From Gammaproteobacteria bacterium (GTDB taxonomy: Bacteria; Pseudomonadota; Gammaproteobacteria; SZUA-229), in the NCBI GenBank assembly GCA_030148865.1, contig JASBSR010000007.1, positions 642 to 64,641 on the forward strand: 64,000 nucleotides of DNA, read 5' to 3'. Positions 20,672 through 31,100 of the stretch are shown piece after piece. A program made the translations under genes and the position numbers. Below the pieces are notes generated by a model. The model saw only the letters and a program-made list of their open reading frames with translations, searched no databases and had not been told where the DNA came from. Each line of letters opens with the position of its first letter. The stretch's first letter is position 1.

Positions 20672-22855
20672 ATGGAAAGCACTCGCCAGCATAATCAGAT
20701 CACCCAACAATACAGTCCGGATTCGTTTCTGGAGAAACTGGCGCAAGCACCTGTGCCAGCCGACAGTCTTTTGCGCAAGGCCTGCGTCCAGGTCTGGGAT
20801 TTACCTGCTGATGCGAGTATGCCCAGTAGTCTCGACGTTACTATGTTGCTCAGTGAGCTCGGCTGTGATGACACCACGCTAATCGTTGGACTGCTCAGTA
20901 GTTCGCGGCTGGTCGCGAACACGACCCCGGCGCAACTCGAAAACGTCTACGGAAGAAAAATCACTGACATGGTGATGAATGTCTGCAAACTGCATGATTT
21001 TCAGCTTAATGAATCGACCATAGATCCCGAGCAGGTTGAGCGCCTGCGCCGTATGTTGTTGTCGATGGTTGATGATGTACGTGTGGTGCTGATCAAGCTT
21101 GCGTTTCGTGTGCAACGTTTGCGCCAGTTGTCAAAAATGGATAATGAAGTACGACGTGCAGTCGCGCGCGAAAGTCTTGATATTTTTGCGCCGATCGCTA
21201 ATCGTCTTGGGATTGGACAACTCAAATGGGAAATGGAAGATCTCTCCTTTCGCTATCTTGAACCTGACACGTATAAACGTATCGCGAAATATATTGACGA
21301 GAAACGCGGTGAACGCGAGCGCTATGTTGAATCAGTAGTGAGCACTTTGAAAGATGTGCTGGCAGAAAATAATGTTAAAGCAAAAATCTATGGGCGTCCC
21401 AAGCACATCTATAGCATCTGGAAAAAGATGACCGAAAAGCAGCGGGGCTTTCACGAATTATTTGATGTGCGCGCAGTGCGTATCATAGTTGACAGTATTA
21501 CTGATTGTTATCTGGCGCTCGGTCTGGTACATGGCCTCTGGCGCCACATTGTAAAAGAGTTTGATGATTACATCGCTAGTCCCAAACCGAATGGTTATCA
21601 GTCATTGCACACTGCAGTACATGGTCCAGAAGGGAAGCCGGTAGAAGTCCAGATACGCACCCAGAAGATGGACGAATTCGCCGAGCACGGTATCGCCGCG
21701 CACTGGCGGTATAAAGAGGGTGACAAGGCAGATGCCAGATTGCAGGCAGGGATTGATTCTCTACGTCGCCTGCTCGACCCTGAACACACCGATGATGATG
21801 AGTTGCTGGATAATTTCCGCAACGAGATGTTTCACGACAGGGTATTCGTACTCACGCCCGAAGGTCGCGTCATTGATTTGCCACAGGGCGCGACACCACT
21901 GGATTTTGCCTATGCAGTACATACTGAAATCGGGCATCGCTGCCGAGGTGCAAAAATCAACGGCCATATCGTACAACTGACCTACGAATTGCAGAATGGT
22001 GAGCGCGTCGAAATTCTAACCACTAAAAGCGCACGCCCCAGTCGTGACTGGTTATTGCCGCATCTCGGCTTTTTGAAAACATCGCGTGCCCGCAATCGGG
22101 TGCGCAACTGGTTTCGCCGGCAGGATAAGGATCAGAACCAGATCGACGGCAAGGCCATGTATGAACGCGAAATTAAGCGTCAGGGTGTGCGTCCTGATAT
22201 TGAGAAATTACTCAAGCACTTCAAGCTGAAGGAGCCGGAAGAGCTTTATGTTGCAATCGGGCGCAGTGACATCAGTATTGCGCAGGTGGCTGCAGCCTTA
22301 CACGAATGGGGCGAATCTGCGCATCATACTGAAGCGCGCCTACCCCTGAAGCCAAAGCCTGCGACTGCAAAAAAGAAAAGGGCAAACAGTCAGATCGTTG
22401 TGCAAGGTGTTGGCAACCTGATGACCACCATCGCTAATTGCTGCAAACCCATACCCGGCGATGCGATTACAGGTTTTATTACCCGCGGTAAAGGTGTCAG
22501 CATTCATCGCAAAGACTGTCGTAATATGATTAATCTGAAAGATGCCAGTCGTAATCGTCTGATCGAAGTGTCCTGGGGGGATGCCGAAACCGCAGCGTAC
22601 CCGGTCACGCTGCTGATCGATGCGATGGACAGGCAGGCATTGCTCAGCGATATCGCTAATACTCTGAGCAATGAAAAAGCTGATGTAACTTCGTTTAACA
22701 CACTGTCGGATAAAAAATATCAGACCGCGCGTATTTCAGTCAGCTTTGATGTTCGCGACCTGCAACAGCTGACACGGATCATGGATAAAATCGGTCAGCT
22801 GCCTAATGTCACCGATGTTGTTCGTGGTGCAAATTCAGGAGGGGTGTCTAGTTAG
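20672..22855 (+). CDS. relA: GTP pyrophosphokinase RelA ((p)ppGpp synthetase I)
   Basis: Colinear with E. coli RelA (RRMLL.MVDD.R.V.IKLA.R, YAPIANRLGIGQLKWE.ED, YGRPKHIYSIWKKM, ELFDVRAVRII, PKPNGYQS.HT). The hydrolase HD residues are not evident, which fits RelA rather than SpoT. TGS and ACT regions are present. Confidence 0.85.
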   Translation: MESTRQHNQITQQYSPDSFLEKLAQAPVPADSLLRKACVQVWDLPADASMPSSLDVTMLLSELGCDDTTLIVGLLSSSRLVANTTPAQLENVYGRKITDMVMNVCKLHDFQLNESTIDPEQVERLRRMLLSMVDDVRVVLIKLAFRVQRLRQLSKMDNEVRRAVARESLDIFAPIANRLGIGQLKWEMEDLSFRYLEPDTYKRIAKYIDEKRGERERYVESVVSTLKDVLAENNVKAKIYGRPKHIYSIWKKMTEKQRGFHELFDVRAVRIIVDSITDCYLALGLVHGLWRHIVKEFDDYIASPKPNGYQSLHTAVHGPEGKPVEVQIRTQKMDEFAEHGIAAHWRYKEGDKADARLQAGIDSLRRLLDPEHTDDDELLDNFRNEMFHDRVFVLTPEGRVIDLPQGATPLDFAYAVHTEIGHRCRGAKINGHIVQLTYELQNGERVEILTTKSARPSRDWLLPHLGFLKTSRARNRVRNWFRRQDKDQNQIDGKAMYEREIKRQGVRPDIEKLLKHFKLKEPEELYVAIGRSDISIAQVAAALHEWGESAHHTEARLPLKPKPATAKKKRANSQIVVQGVGNLMTTIANCCKPIPGDAITGFITRGKGVSIHRKDCRNMINLKDASRNRLIEVSWGDAETAAYPVTLLIDAMDRQALLSDIANTLSNEKADVTSFNTLSDKKYQTARISVSFDVRDLQQLTRIMDKIGQLPNVTDVVRGANSGGVSS

Positions 22856-22973
22856 TTGTGTTGATGGGACAGAAGCTTAGATCCTTGTCGCATAGAAATC
22901 AGAGGAAAAGCTATTTCTTTGTTTAAAAATATTTTCTCTGTGTTCTCTGCGGCGAAAAATTTTTAATATTAAA

Positions 22974-23498
22974 TTAATATCTAACGCCAACAGTCACCCC
23001 AGTATATCCGTGGCTTCCGTTTAGCGTGTCCTGAAATTCACCAAAGCGTACACCTTCGTAGAACACACCCAAAGTAACATGGCTTGTCAGATTAAGGCGC
23101 AGACCTGCGCGGAAGTGGATGTCGGGTTTGCAGCTGCGCTGCTGGTCACAGTTGTTCGAGTTATTGTTGCCGGGAAATAATAAATCAAACAGACCAGTAC
23201 CGATTTCTGCATAAGGTGAAAATGTACCAGTGCCACTAACACCGATCAGTACCCGGGTGGCGATTTCGCTGTCAACCAGGCTGCTGACCTGAAACAACGC
23301 GATGTCAATGCCGGCGTAATACTGGTGATCGGCTGCATGTTTAAAAATGGTATAAAACCCGAGTCCATTCATATCGTGTAGTGTGTCGCTGCTGACAAGC
23401 TTTGAATATTCAATAAAACTTTTTGCGGCCTGTCCCTGCGATGTAAACAGCAGGCACAGAGCTAGCGGGTAAATCCAGTTATGAAGAGTGAGGCGCAC
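22974..23498 (-). CDS. Outer membrane beta-barrel protein (OmpA/OmpW-like small barrel)
   Basis: Signal peptide, then alternating hydrophobic beta-strand pattern, with C-terminal ...VGVRY. Confidence 0.6.
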   Translation of the reverse strand: MRLTLHNWIYPLALCLLFTSQGQAAKSFIEYSKLVSSDTLHDMNGLGFYTIFKHAADHQYYAGIDIALFQVSSLVDSEIATRVLIGVSGTGTFSPYAEIGTGLFDLLFPGNNNSNNCDQQRSCKPDIHFRAGLRLNLTSHVTLGVFYEGVRFGEFQDTLNGSHGYTGVTVGVRY

Positions 23499-23501
23499 GG
23501 T

Positions 23502-24269
23502 TTAACGTTTGATGTCATCCTTGAATAGATCATCACCGAATAATTCCTGATCACTAAACTCCTGTGGTGGGTGACCGTCGTACACCATATTTCTGCGATG
23601 TTGTTTCCATGCGTCGCGCGTGTAGGCGTAGCGATCTATGGCGGTTTCATCAATGATATTACTGGCGTTGAGTAAATCAGCGCGCAGATCGATGTATTTC
23701 AGGCTGAGTGTGCCATAGCGCTCAGACTTGTCGGGTATGTTCTGTAACGGATCAAACTCCGCAGTGTCGACAACAAAACCAGCGGTATCACGAATATTGC
23801 TCGAACCGAACAGCGGTAGCACCAGATACGGGCCGCTGCCGACACCCCAATAGCCCAGCGTCTGACCAAAATCTTCGTTGTGTTTAGGTAACCCAAATTT
23901 TGTGGAAACATCAATCAAACCGCCGAGACCGATAAAGGTATTAAATACAATACGGGTAAGATCAGATGTGGCCTGATGAAATTTAAGCTGAAGCAAATCA
24001 TTTACCAGCACGATGACGTCATCAATGTTACTGAAGAAATTACTCACACCGGAATCAACAAATTCAGGTGTGATAGCTTTATAACCTCTGGCAATGGGTT
24101 TGATGGCATATTTGTCGACGGTGTCGTTGAATGCATACATCGAACGGTTGTAGCTTTCGAATGGGTCATCCGGATTGGGAACTTCGATTGTGGCACAGGC
24201 GGAGCTGAGTAACAGACCGGAGGCGACGAGAATTCTGGAAATGCCTTCAAACGATAGCGTATGTTTCAT
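23502..24269 (-). CDS. mlaA: MlaA/VacJ family outer-membrane lipoprotein (phospholipid asymmetry maintenance)
   Basis: Lipobox LLSSAC. DPFESYNRSMYAFNDTVD and GLGGLIDVS...GQTLGYWGVGSGPYLVLP match E. coli MlaA. Confidence 0.85.
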   Translation of the reverse strand: MKHTLSFEGISRILVASGLLLSSACATIEVPNPDDPFESYNRSMYAFNDTVDKYAIKPIARGYKAITPEFVDSGVSNFFSNIDDVIVLVNDLLQLKFHQATSDLTRIVFNTFIGLGGLIDVSTKFGLPKHNEDFGQTLGYWGVGSGPYLVLPLFGSSNIRDTAGFVVDTAEFDPLQNIPDKSERYGTLSLKYIDLRADLLNASNIIDETAIDRYAYTRDAWKQHRRNMVYDGHPPQEFSDQELFGDDLFKDDIKR

Positions 24270-24279
24270 GTGTGTTCAT

Positions 24280-25437
24280 CTATTTTGATGGCAACATCGA
24301 GTATGCCAGTTGTGCGATGTTTTTTGAGCCGCCGGATTCTCCCAGTAATGGTCTGAGTGTTGCCAGTGCTGCGCGCATCTCGCGGTTATAGTTCTGATCA
24401 TCGAGTATACGTAAAACTTCGTTGATTATGTTTTCCGGTGTGGCATCGTGCTGGATAAATTCCCTGGCGATTTCTTTGCCGGGAACAATATTGACCAGCC
24501 CAATGTGTTTCAGTTTGACCAGTCGCCTTAAGATAAAATATGAAAGCGCGGCTATCTTGTGAATAATCACCAGCGGCGTACCGAGCAGGCCGATTTCCAG
24601 TGTTGCTGTGCCAGAAGCCGCAATCGCGCAGTCGCTGGCCAGTATCACATCATAAGTAGCGTTTTCGATCACGATTACATTGAGTTCTGCCAGTGCCAGA
24701 TCATAAGGTGCCAGTTCGCTACGCGACAGGCTATTGGCCAGTGGCAGCAAAAACTGCAATTCGGGTTTGTGCGCGCGCAACAGCCGTGCGCATTCCAGCT
24801 GTATCGGCAGCAGGCGTTTGAGTTCGACATGACGACTGCCGGGCATCAGCGCCACCGTGGTTATGCTGTTCACAGCAGGGTAGTTTGCCGCGAGATTCGC
24901 CAGTGCCTGCTCGCGGGTTTTATCGGCCACCACTTCATCGACCAGCGGATGGCCGGTAAACACCACCGGCACATTGGCCTGTTTGTATAAATCGACCTCA
25001 AACGGAAAAATCACTGCCATCTGATCGACAATTTTTGCCATTTTATACACCCGCTTCGGCCGCCACGCCCACACCTGCGGGCCGATATAAAACAGCACTC
25101 TGATGCCAATCGATTTCGCATAGGCGGCGAGGCGCTGATTGAATTCCTGATAATCGATCAGAATCAGCAGATCCGGTGGCGCAGCGTGAATCGTTTGCTT
25201 AATCTGTTCCAGCACAGCTTTGATTTTGCGATAGCTGGCCAGCACCTCGATAATACCGACCACGGCGAGACTGGACGCGTCCACCAGCAGCTCGACACCG
25301 GCGGCGCGCATGCTGGCGCCACCCATGCCGCGCAGCTGCACATCGGGAGTGAGTAATTTAAGTTCGCGCGCCAGATTGGCGCCGTGCAAATCTCCCGAGG
25401 CTTCCCCGGCAACAATAAATACGCTCTGGTGACTCAT
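24280..25437 (-). CDS. lpxB: Lipid-A-disaccharide synthase
   Basis: Matches LpxB (FIVAGEASGDLHGANL, VGIIEVL, PQVWAWR). The start is set at MSHQSV (25437) by alignment to the E. coli N-terminus. The ORF track extends to 25515. Confidence 0.85.
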   Translation of the reverse strand: MSHQSVFIVAGEASGDLHGANLARELKLLTPDVQLRGMGGASMRAAGVELLVDASSLAVVGIIEVLASYRKIKAVLEQIKQTIHAAPPDLLILIDYQEFNQRLAAYAKSIGIRVLFYIGPQVWAWRPKRVYKMAKIVDQMAVIFPFEVDLYKQANVPVVFTGHPLVDEVVADKTREQALANLAANYPAVNSITTVALMPGSRHVELKRLLPIQLECARLLRAHKPELQFLLPLANSLSRSELAPYDLALAELNVIVIENATYDVILASDCAIAASGTATLEIGLLGTPLVIIHKIAALSYFILRRLVKLKHIGLVNIVPGKEIAREFIQHDATPENIINEVLRILDDQNYNREMRAALATLRPLLGESGGSKNIAQLAYSMLPSK

Positions 25438-25502
25438 GACAAATCTGATTAAGATGGCGTGGCTAAAGAAAGCACTGATTCTACATAAAAAAGGGCAGGT
25501 CG

Positions 25503-26147
25503 ATGCACAAAGCATCCAGCACGGTGAGTAAGCAGATTATTCGTATCCATCAAACCTTGCCGCCGATCGGCGGCCTTTGCGCCGGGGTCGATGAAGCCGG
25601 TCGCGGCCCGCTGGTCGGTAATGTGGTCGCCGCCGCAGTAATTCTCAATCCCGATAGCCCAATTGCAGGGCTCGATGATTCCAAAAAATTGACCGCCGCC
25701 AGGCGCGAAGCACTCGCCGCAAAAATTCGTGAAACCGCCCTGGCCTGGCAGGTGATCAGCGTTAGTCCGGAGGATATTGATCGTCTCAACATCCTGCATG
25801 CGACCATGTACGGCATGCGGCAGGCAGTCGAACTGTTAGCGATTCGGCCGCAGCATGTATTCATCGATGGCAATCGTTGCCCGGCATTAAGCGTGAACGC
25901 CACTGCGGTGATCAAGGGTGATGCCCGGGTTGCGGCGATCAGCGCGGCTTCAATCCTCGCTAAAGTCGAGCGCGATGCGCAAATGGATGAGTTGCACACG
26001 CAGTATCCTGAATATGGTTTTGATCAACACAAAGGCTACCCCACCAGGGCGCATATGGCGGCACTACAAGAATTTGGAATCTGTCCGCAACACCGGCGCA
26101 GTTACGGGCCGGTGAAAAGAGCGCTGGACGCAATGCTGGCAAGCTGA
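25503..26147 (+). CDS. rnhB: Ribonuclease HII
   Basis: Matches RnhB ([53 protein letters not shown]). Confidence 0.9.
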   Translation: MHKASSTVSKQIIRIHQTLPPIGGLCAGVDEAGRGPLVGNVVAAAVILNPDSPIAGLDDSKKLTAARREALAAKIRETALAWQVISVSPEDIDRLNILHATMYGMRQAVELLAIRPQHVFIDGNRCPALSVNATAVIKGDARVAAISAASILAKVERDAQMDELHTQYPEYGFDQHKGYPTRAHMAALQEFGICPQHRRSYGPVKRALDAMLAS

Positions 26148-26197
26148 AACCGGGTCCGCCTGACTTCTGGACCGACCAGTCCTGCTCTTGTCACATG

Positions 26198-26490
26198 AAT
26201 TCAGAGCGGCCTATGCAATTCAGTCCGGACATGGCGCTGGAGTCGGCCGGGTACGTGTTCTGGCGGTACGGCTACGGAGGCCAGTTCATTATTTTTCGAA
26301 GCCACGATTAAGCGGGTACAACAGCAGGGCGAGATTTCGGCAGACAAAAACCCACATGAACTGGCCTTATATCTGATCAGCAGTATGAGTGGTTTAAAAA
26401 ACATGGTGAAGGCTGGTGCCGATCGTAAAACCATTAAACAGACCGCCGGCGTCGATGGAATTACGAGCGCAATCCATGTTGTCAAACGCC
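26198..26490 (+). pseudogene. Decayed TetR-family regulator remnant (HTH fragment and C-terminal fragment in different frames)
   Basis: One frame reads FSPDMALESAGYVFWRYGY, a TetR N-terminal HTH-like segment, then hits a stop. A second frame reads NPHELALYLISSMSGLKNMVKAG, TetR C-terminal-like. The expected roughly 200-aa body is truncated and frameshifted. Confidence 0.5.
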
Positions 26491-26566
26491 AGACTAAACG
26501 CTTTGCGCAATATCACGTTAGCGATCATCGAACATCGCGACTGGGTGCCGGAAAAATACCTGGCAT

Positions 26567-26769
26567 GATTTTGCCCATGCCGGGTACAACGAAACTAATA
26601 TGCTGGAAGCACTCACCATTAGCTCGCAAAAGACCATGAGCAATTATTTCAACTATCTGGCACAAACATCACTAGATGAAATGTTCTCAGCGCAGGCGTG
26701 GAAAAATAAAAAACCATCCAGAGCTGGCTGGCAATTTATAATTAGGACAAACAGACCGGAGTGGAACTG
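26567..26769 (+). pseudogene. Second TetR-family HTH remnant
   Basis: The frame reads GYNETNMLEALTISSQKTMSNYF, matching the TetR HTH consensus GYdaTsv.dIA.aaGVSkGTLYhYF. There is no intact downstream ligand-binding domain. Confidence 0.4.
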
Positions 26770-26971
26770 TTTTATCTAACTAGTCCCGCTTCCCTTGTTT
26801 TCTGAATAATGAGCTCTGGGTAATTAACTGGCGTATTCACACCACCAGTAGAAAGTACAAATACACCTGACCGGCCCTGGAATTGCGTGACAAATATCGG
26901 TGGTTTTTAATTTACATCACTATATGCGCATCAATGTTAAATATATTATCTTTATCAAAAAGAGGTGAGTG

Positions 26972-27100
26972 CTATGGCTGTTTTTAGTGATTTATTTGGC
27001 GATTTTATGGGCTGGTTAACTATTGGCATTATTGTGTTTATGCTGGTGATGATGGTTTATCTTTTTAGTATGTTTATTAATAATTCGAAAAAAGGCTTAT
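26972..27100 (+). CDS. Small hydrophobic peptide (42 aa) with a strong ribosome-binding site, possible type-I-toxin-like micro-protein
   Basis: AAAGAGGTGA ribosome-binding site 6 nt before ATG. The product is MAVFSDLFGDFMGWLTIGIIVFMLVMMVYLFSMFINNSKKGL, one TM helix plus a short polar/basic tail. It is not in the ORF track because it is under 60 aa. Confidence 0.35.
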
Positions 27101-27595
27101 AGTTTCCTCTGAGGGTGAGGTGAGGGCGCAGTTTTTCTCATAATAGAACCCTGTGCGAAACTGGTGGTGTGTAGGTCGTTTTTGTGGGGATAGCTCAGTC
27201 TCTGCCCCGGATTTTACTATTATCTTAATTTTATTGCGTGTTGCTCGCGATATTGATTTCTGTGGTCGGCATTAATAAGCTAACTGCAGCCATAAACTCA
27301 TCAAGCTTGCTGGCAGGGATTCGCATCATATATTTGTCAGAAAATACAGACATGAACGAGACCACAGTGTCGTTACCTTGTTGTTCTGAGCTTTTTTATG
27401 TCTTCTGCGCTAAAGCATTGACCAGTGAATAAGTCGGGCGCGTGCCTGCCTGGTTGCAAGACAGATGGTTTTAGTGTCACTGAAGTTGAAAATTTTTTCA
27501 AAATATACTTTCTTATTATATCAGTTTTTTATCTCGCTTAACTTTGTCTACTTCTCCAAAATCGTCCCATTAAAAACACTCTGATACGAACACAC

Positions 27596-27739
27596 GTACT
27601 CAAGAGCATATCAAGGATATTCTCGTCATTTTCGCATGCTTCTGGCGGGATGCCACTGTTTAAATTAACGGATTCCGGTCAAGAACATACCGGAATGACG
27701 ACTTCCAAATCTTGTTACGCTTAAGTTAAGTACCGTGCC
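27596..27739 (+). mobile_element. MITE-like repeat element, copy A (with an internal extra hairpin)
   Basis: About 85% identical to the reverse complement of 47985-48084. The matching blocks are AGAGCATATCAAGGATATTCTCGTC and AATCTTGTTACGCTTAAGTTAAGTACCGTGCC. The ends carry ACTTAAG-type inverted repeats. Confidence 0.6.
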
Positions 27740-27748
27740 ACTCTGGAT

Positions 27749-27769
27749 ACCAGATTATCTGGTTTTTTT
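27749..27769 (+). terminator. Rho-independent terminator-like hairpin plus T-tract downstream of repeat copy A
   Basis: ACCAG-attat-CTGGT stem-loop followed by TTTTTT. Confidence 0.4.
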
Positions 27770-28143
27770 ATTAATACTGCATCACTCTCAGTCTGGGAAT
27801 GCTTGAGGGCATTGGTATAGCACCTCATATTACTAGACCAAGCATCGTGCAGGTTTGGTATGGGAGCAGGTTTTTATCTATAGTATCTTTTGATTGCATA
27901 TTGGGCTTCATTCCTTAGCTCAGCCTGCGGACTAGATTCTTCGCAACATCGACTCAGGATGACAAGATTCTGGGTCATCGACAGAAGTATTCGAGGATGA
28001 CGACAAGAGAGTTTTTGTTGGTGATTTTATAAATCAACCACTTACCGCATTCCCCAAAAAAAACATCCAAAATACCATCCCCTCAACCACGCCAATTCGG
28101 TACACTAAAACCCGCCGTAGTAGACCCCCATAGCTGGAGCCCC

Positions 28144-31100
28144 GTGACTGCTGAACCCTCATTCGTACACCTTCGAGTACACACTGAGTACTCTCTGGTG
28201 GATGGCGTGGTGCGCGTCAAACCGTTGATGCAGACGGTGAGCGAAGCGGGCATGCCGGCGGTGGCGCTGACCGACCAGAGCAATTTATTCGCCATGGTCA
28301 AATTCACCCGCGCTGCGCTGGCCGCAGGCATTAAGCCCATCATCGGCGTCGATGCCTGGGTGCGTAGCGATGATGAGCAGGCCCAGCCCTACCGCATGGT
28401 GCTGCTGTGCCAGAATCGCGCCGGTTATCTCAATCTTGCCCAGTTAATTTCAAAGAGCTATCTCGAAGGCCAGCACGGCGGTGTGCCGATGATGCAGGCC
28501 AGCTGGATCGCGGAGTACGGCCACGGTCTAATCGCGCTGGCCTCGGCGCGCGACAGCGATGTCGGTATTGCGCTGTTATCCGGGCAGCAGGATCTGGCGG
28601 CGGTGCGGGTAGCGCACTGGCAGTCAATTTTTGGCGATCGCTATTACCTGGAGCTGCAGCGCACTGGCCGCGAGAATGAGGAATTCTATATTGTCGAAGC
28701 GGTGAATCTTGCCATCAAAACCGATACTCCGGTGGTCGCGACCAATGATGTGCGTTTTCTCAGAGCCGATGACTTTGACGCCCACGAAGTCCGGGTCTGT
28801 ATTCACGACGGCCGCACCCTGGATGACCCACGGCGTTCGCATCATTACAGCCCGCAGCAATATCTGCGCACGCCGGAAGAAATGCAGGTGCTGTTCGCCG
28901 ATATTCCTGAAGCGCTGGCCAATAGCGTCGCCATCGCGCAGCGTTGTAATCTGGAAACCCGTCTCGGTGAAAGTTTTCTGCCGCAGTTTCCAATTCCTGA
29001 AGGCAATACTGCGGAAGGGTTTTTTGCCGATGAGGCGCGCAAGGGACTGGAACTACGTTTAGCAAAACTGCTCGATCCGGTGGCGGAGGATTATGCTGCG
29101 CGTCGTGCCGAGTACGATGCACGTCTGCAAATTGAAATCGACGTTATCAGCAAAATGGATTTTCCCGGTTACTTTCTGGTGGTTGCCGACTTTATCCGCT
29201 GGGCAAAAGAGAACGGCATTCCGGTCGGCCCCGGTCGTGGTTCCGGTGCCGGTTCGCTGGTGGCGTATGCCATGGGCATTACCGATTTAGACCCGCTGCA
29301 TTTTGATTTACTGTTCGAACGTTTTTTGAATCCCGAACGTGTCTCGCTGCCGGACTTTGATATCGATTTTTGCATGGAAGGCCGCGACCGGGTGATCGAT
29401 TATGTCGCGTCAAAATACGGCCGTGACAGTGTTTCGCAGATTATCACCTACGGTTCGATGGCGGCGAAGGCGGTGGTGCGCGATGTTGGCCGTGTCATGG
29501 GACAGCCTTATGGCTTCGTCGATCGCATCGCAAAAATGATTCCGTTCGAAATCGGCATGACCCTGAGCAAGGCGCTGGAGGAATCCGAAGATTTAAAAAC
29601 GGCGTATGATAGCGAAGAAGAAATCACCATGATCATCGATATGGCCTTGTCGCTGGAAGGGTTGTCGCGCAATGCCGGTAAACACGCTGGCGGCGTGGTG
29701 ATTTCACCCACGGTGCTCACCGATTTCACGCCGCTATACTGTGAAGAAGGTGGCAATAGCGTGGTTACGCAATTCGACAAGGACGATGTCGAAGCGGTGG
29801 GGTTGGTCAAGTTCGATTTTTTGGGTTTGCGCACACTCACCATTATCGACTGGGCGGTAAAACATATTAACCGCCGCCGTCAGCTCAGCGACGAAGATCC
29901 GTTAGATATTACCGAACTCACCCTCGACGATGTCGAAACATTCAAGTTGTTGCAGGCGGCGAATACCACCGCGGTATTCCAGCTTGAGTCGCGCGGCATG
30001 AAAGATCTGATCAAGCGCCTGCGCCCGGATAATTTTGAAGACATCATCGCGCTGGTGGCCTTGTTTCGACCGGGGCCCTTGCAGTCTGGCATGGTCGACG
30101 ATTTTATTAATCGTAAACATGGTCGCATGAAGGTCGAGTATCCGCATCCCGATCTGGAGCCGATCCTGCAACCCACCTACGGTGTGATTCTGTATCAGGA
30201 ACAGGTGATGCAAATTGCGCAGGTGCTGGCAGGATACACCCTGGGTGGTGCCGATATGTTGCGCCGCGCTATGGGCAAGAAAAAACCTGAGGAAATGGAA
30301 AAGCAACGCGTGCTGTTTATGGAAGGTGCCGTCGCGCGCGGCGTCGATGCCAAACAGGCGACCTATATTTTCGACCTGATGGAAAAATTCGCCGGTTATG
30401 GTTTTAACAAATCACATTCGGCGGCGTATGCTTTATTGTCGTATCAAACTGCCTGGCTGAAACAGCAGTATCCCGCCGAGTTCATGGCGGCGGTGCTGTC
30501 AGCCGATATGGATAATACCGACAAAGTGGTCGCTTTGATCGAAGATTGTCACGGTCAGGGGTTAGAAGTGAATCCACCGGATATTAATGCTTCAATTTAT
30601 CAGTTTAGTGTGCCCGACCCGAAAACTGTGCTGTATGGACTGGGCGCGATCAAAGGCGTGGGCGAAGCCGCGCTCGAAGGTATTATTGCCGAACGCGAAG
30701 CGCGCGGTGTGTTTGCCGATCTGTATGATTTTTGTAAACGCAGTGACACCCGCAAGGTGAATCGTCGAGTGATGGAAGCGCTGATCAAAGCCGGTGCGCT
30801 CGATGGTATGGGTGCCAATCGCGCCAGTTTGATGGCGAGTTTGAATAATGTATTGCAGCTGGCAGAAAAGTCACAGAAAGACGCGCTCGCCGGACAGGAT
30901 GATATGTTCGGTGATGTTGCAGTCGCTGATGCCAGAGACAGCGTGCATATGATCGAAGTCGCGGACTGGGATGATGAGCTGCGTTTGTCGAATGAAAAAG
31001 AAACCCTCGGCCTGTATCTCACCGGCCATCCCATCGAACGCTACGAAGCTGAGATTCGGCAGTTTACCGATAGCACACTGGCCAATATAGCCGATCTGGT

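Noticed and set aside
27186-27215. tRNA-like start GGGGATAGCTCAG
   Set aside because: Only the acceptor/D-stem-like 5' piece is present. There is no D-loop GG, anticodon arm or GTTCGAATC T-arm. At most it is a tRNA-derived remnant.
27238-27432. 64-aa ORF in the rnhB-dnaE spacer
   Set aside because: No ribosome-binding site, an odd composition, and an overlap with repeat-rich DNA. Likely spurious.
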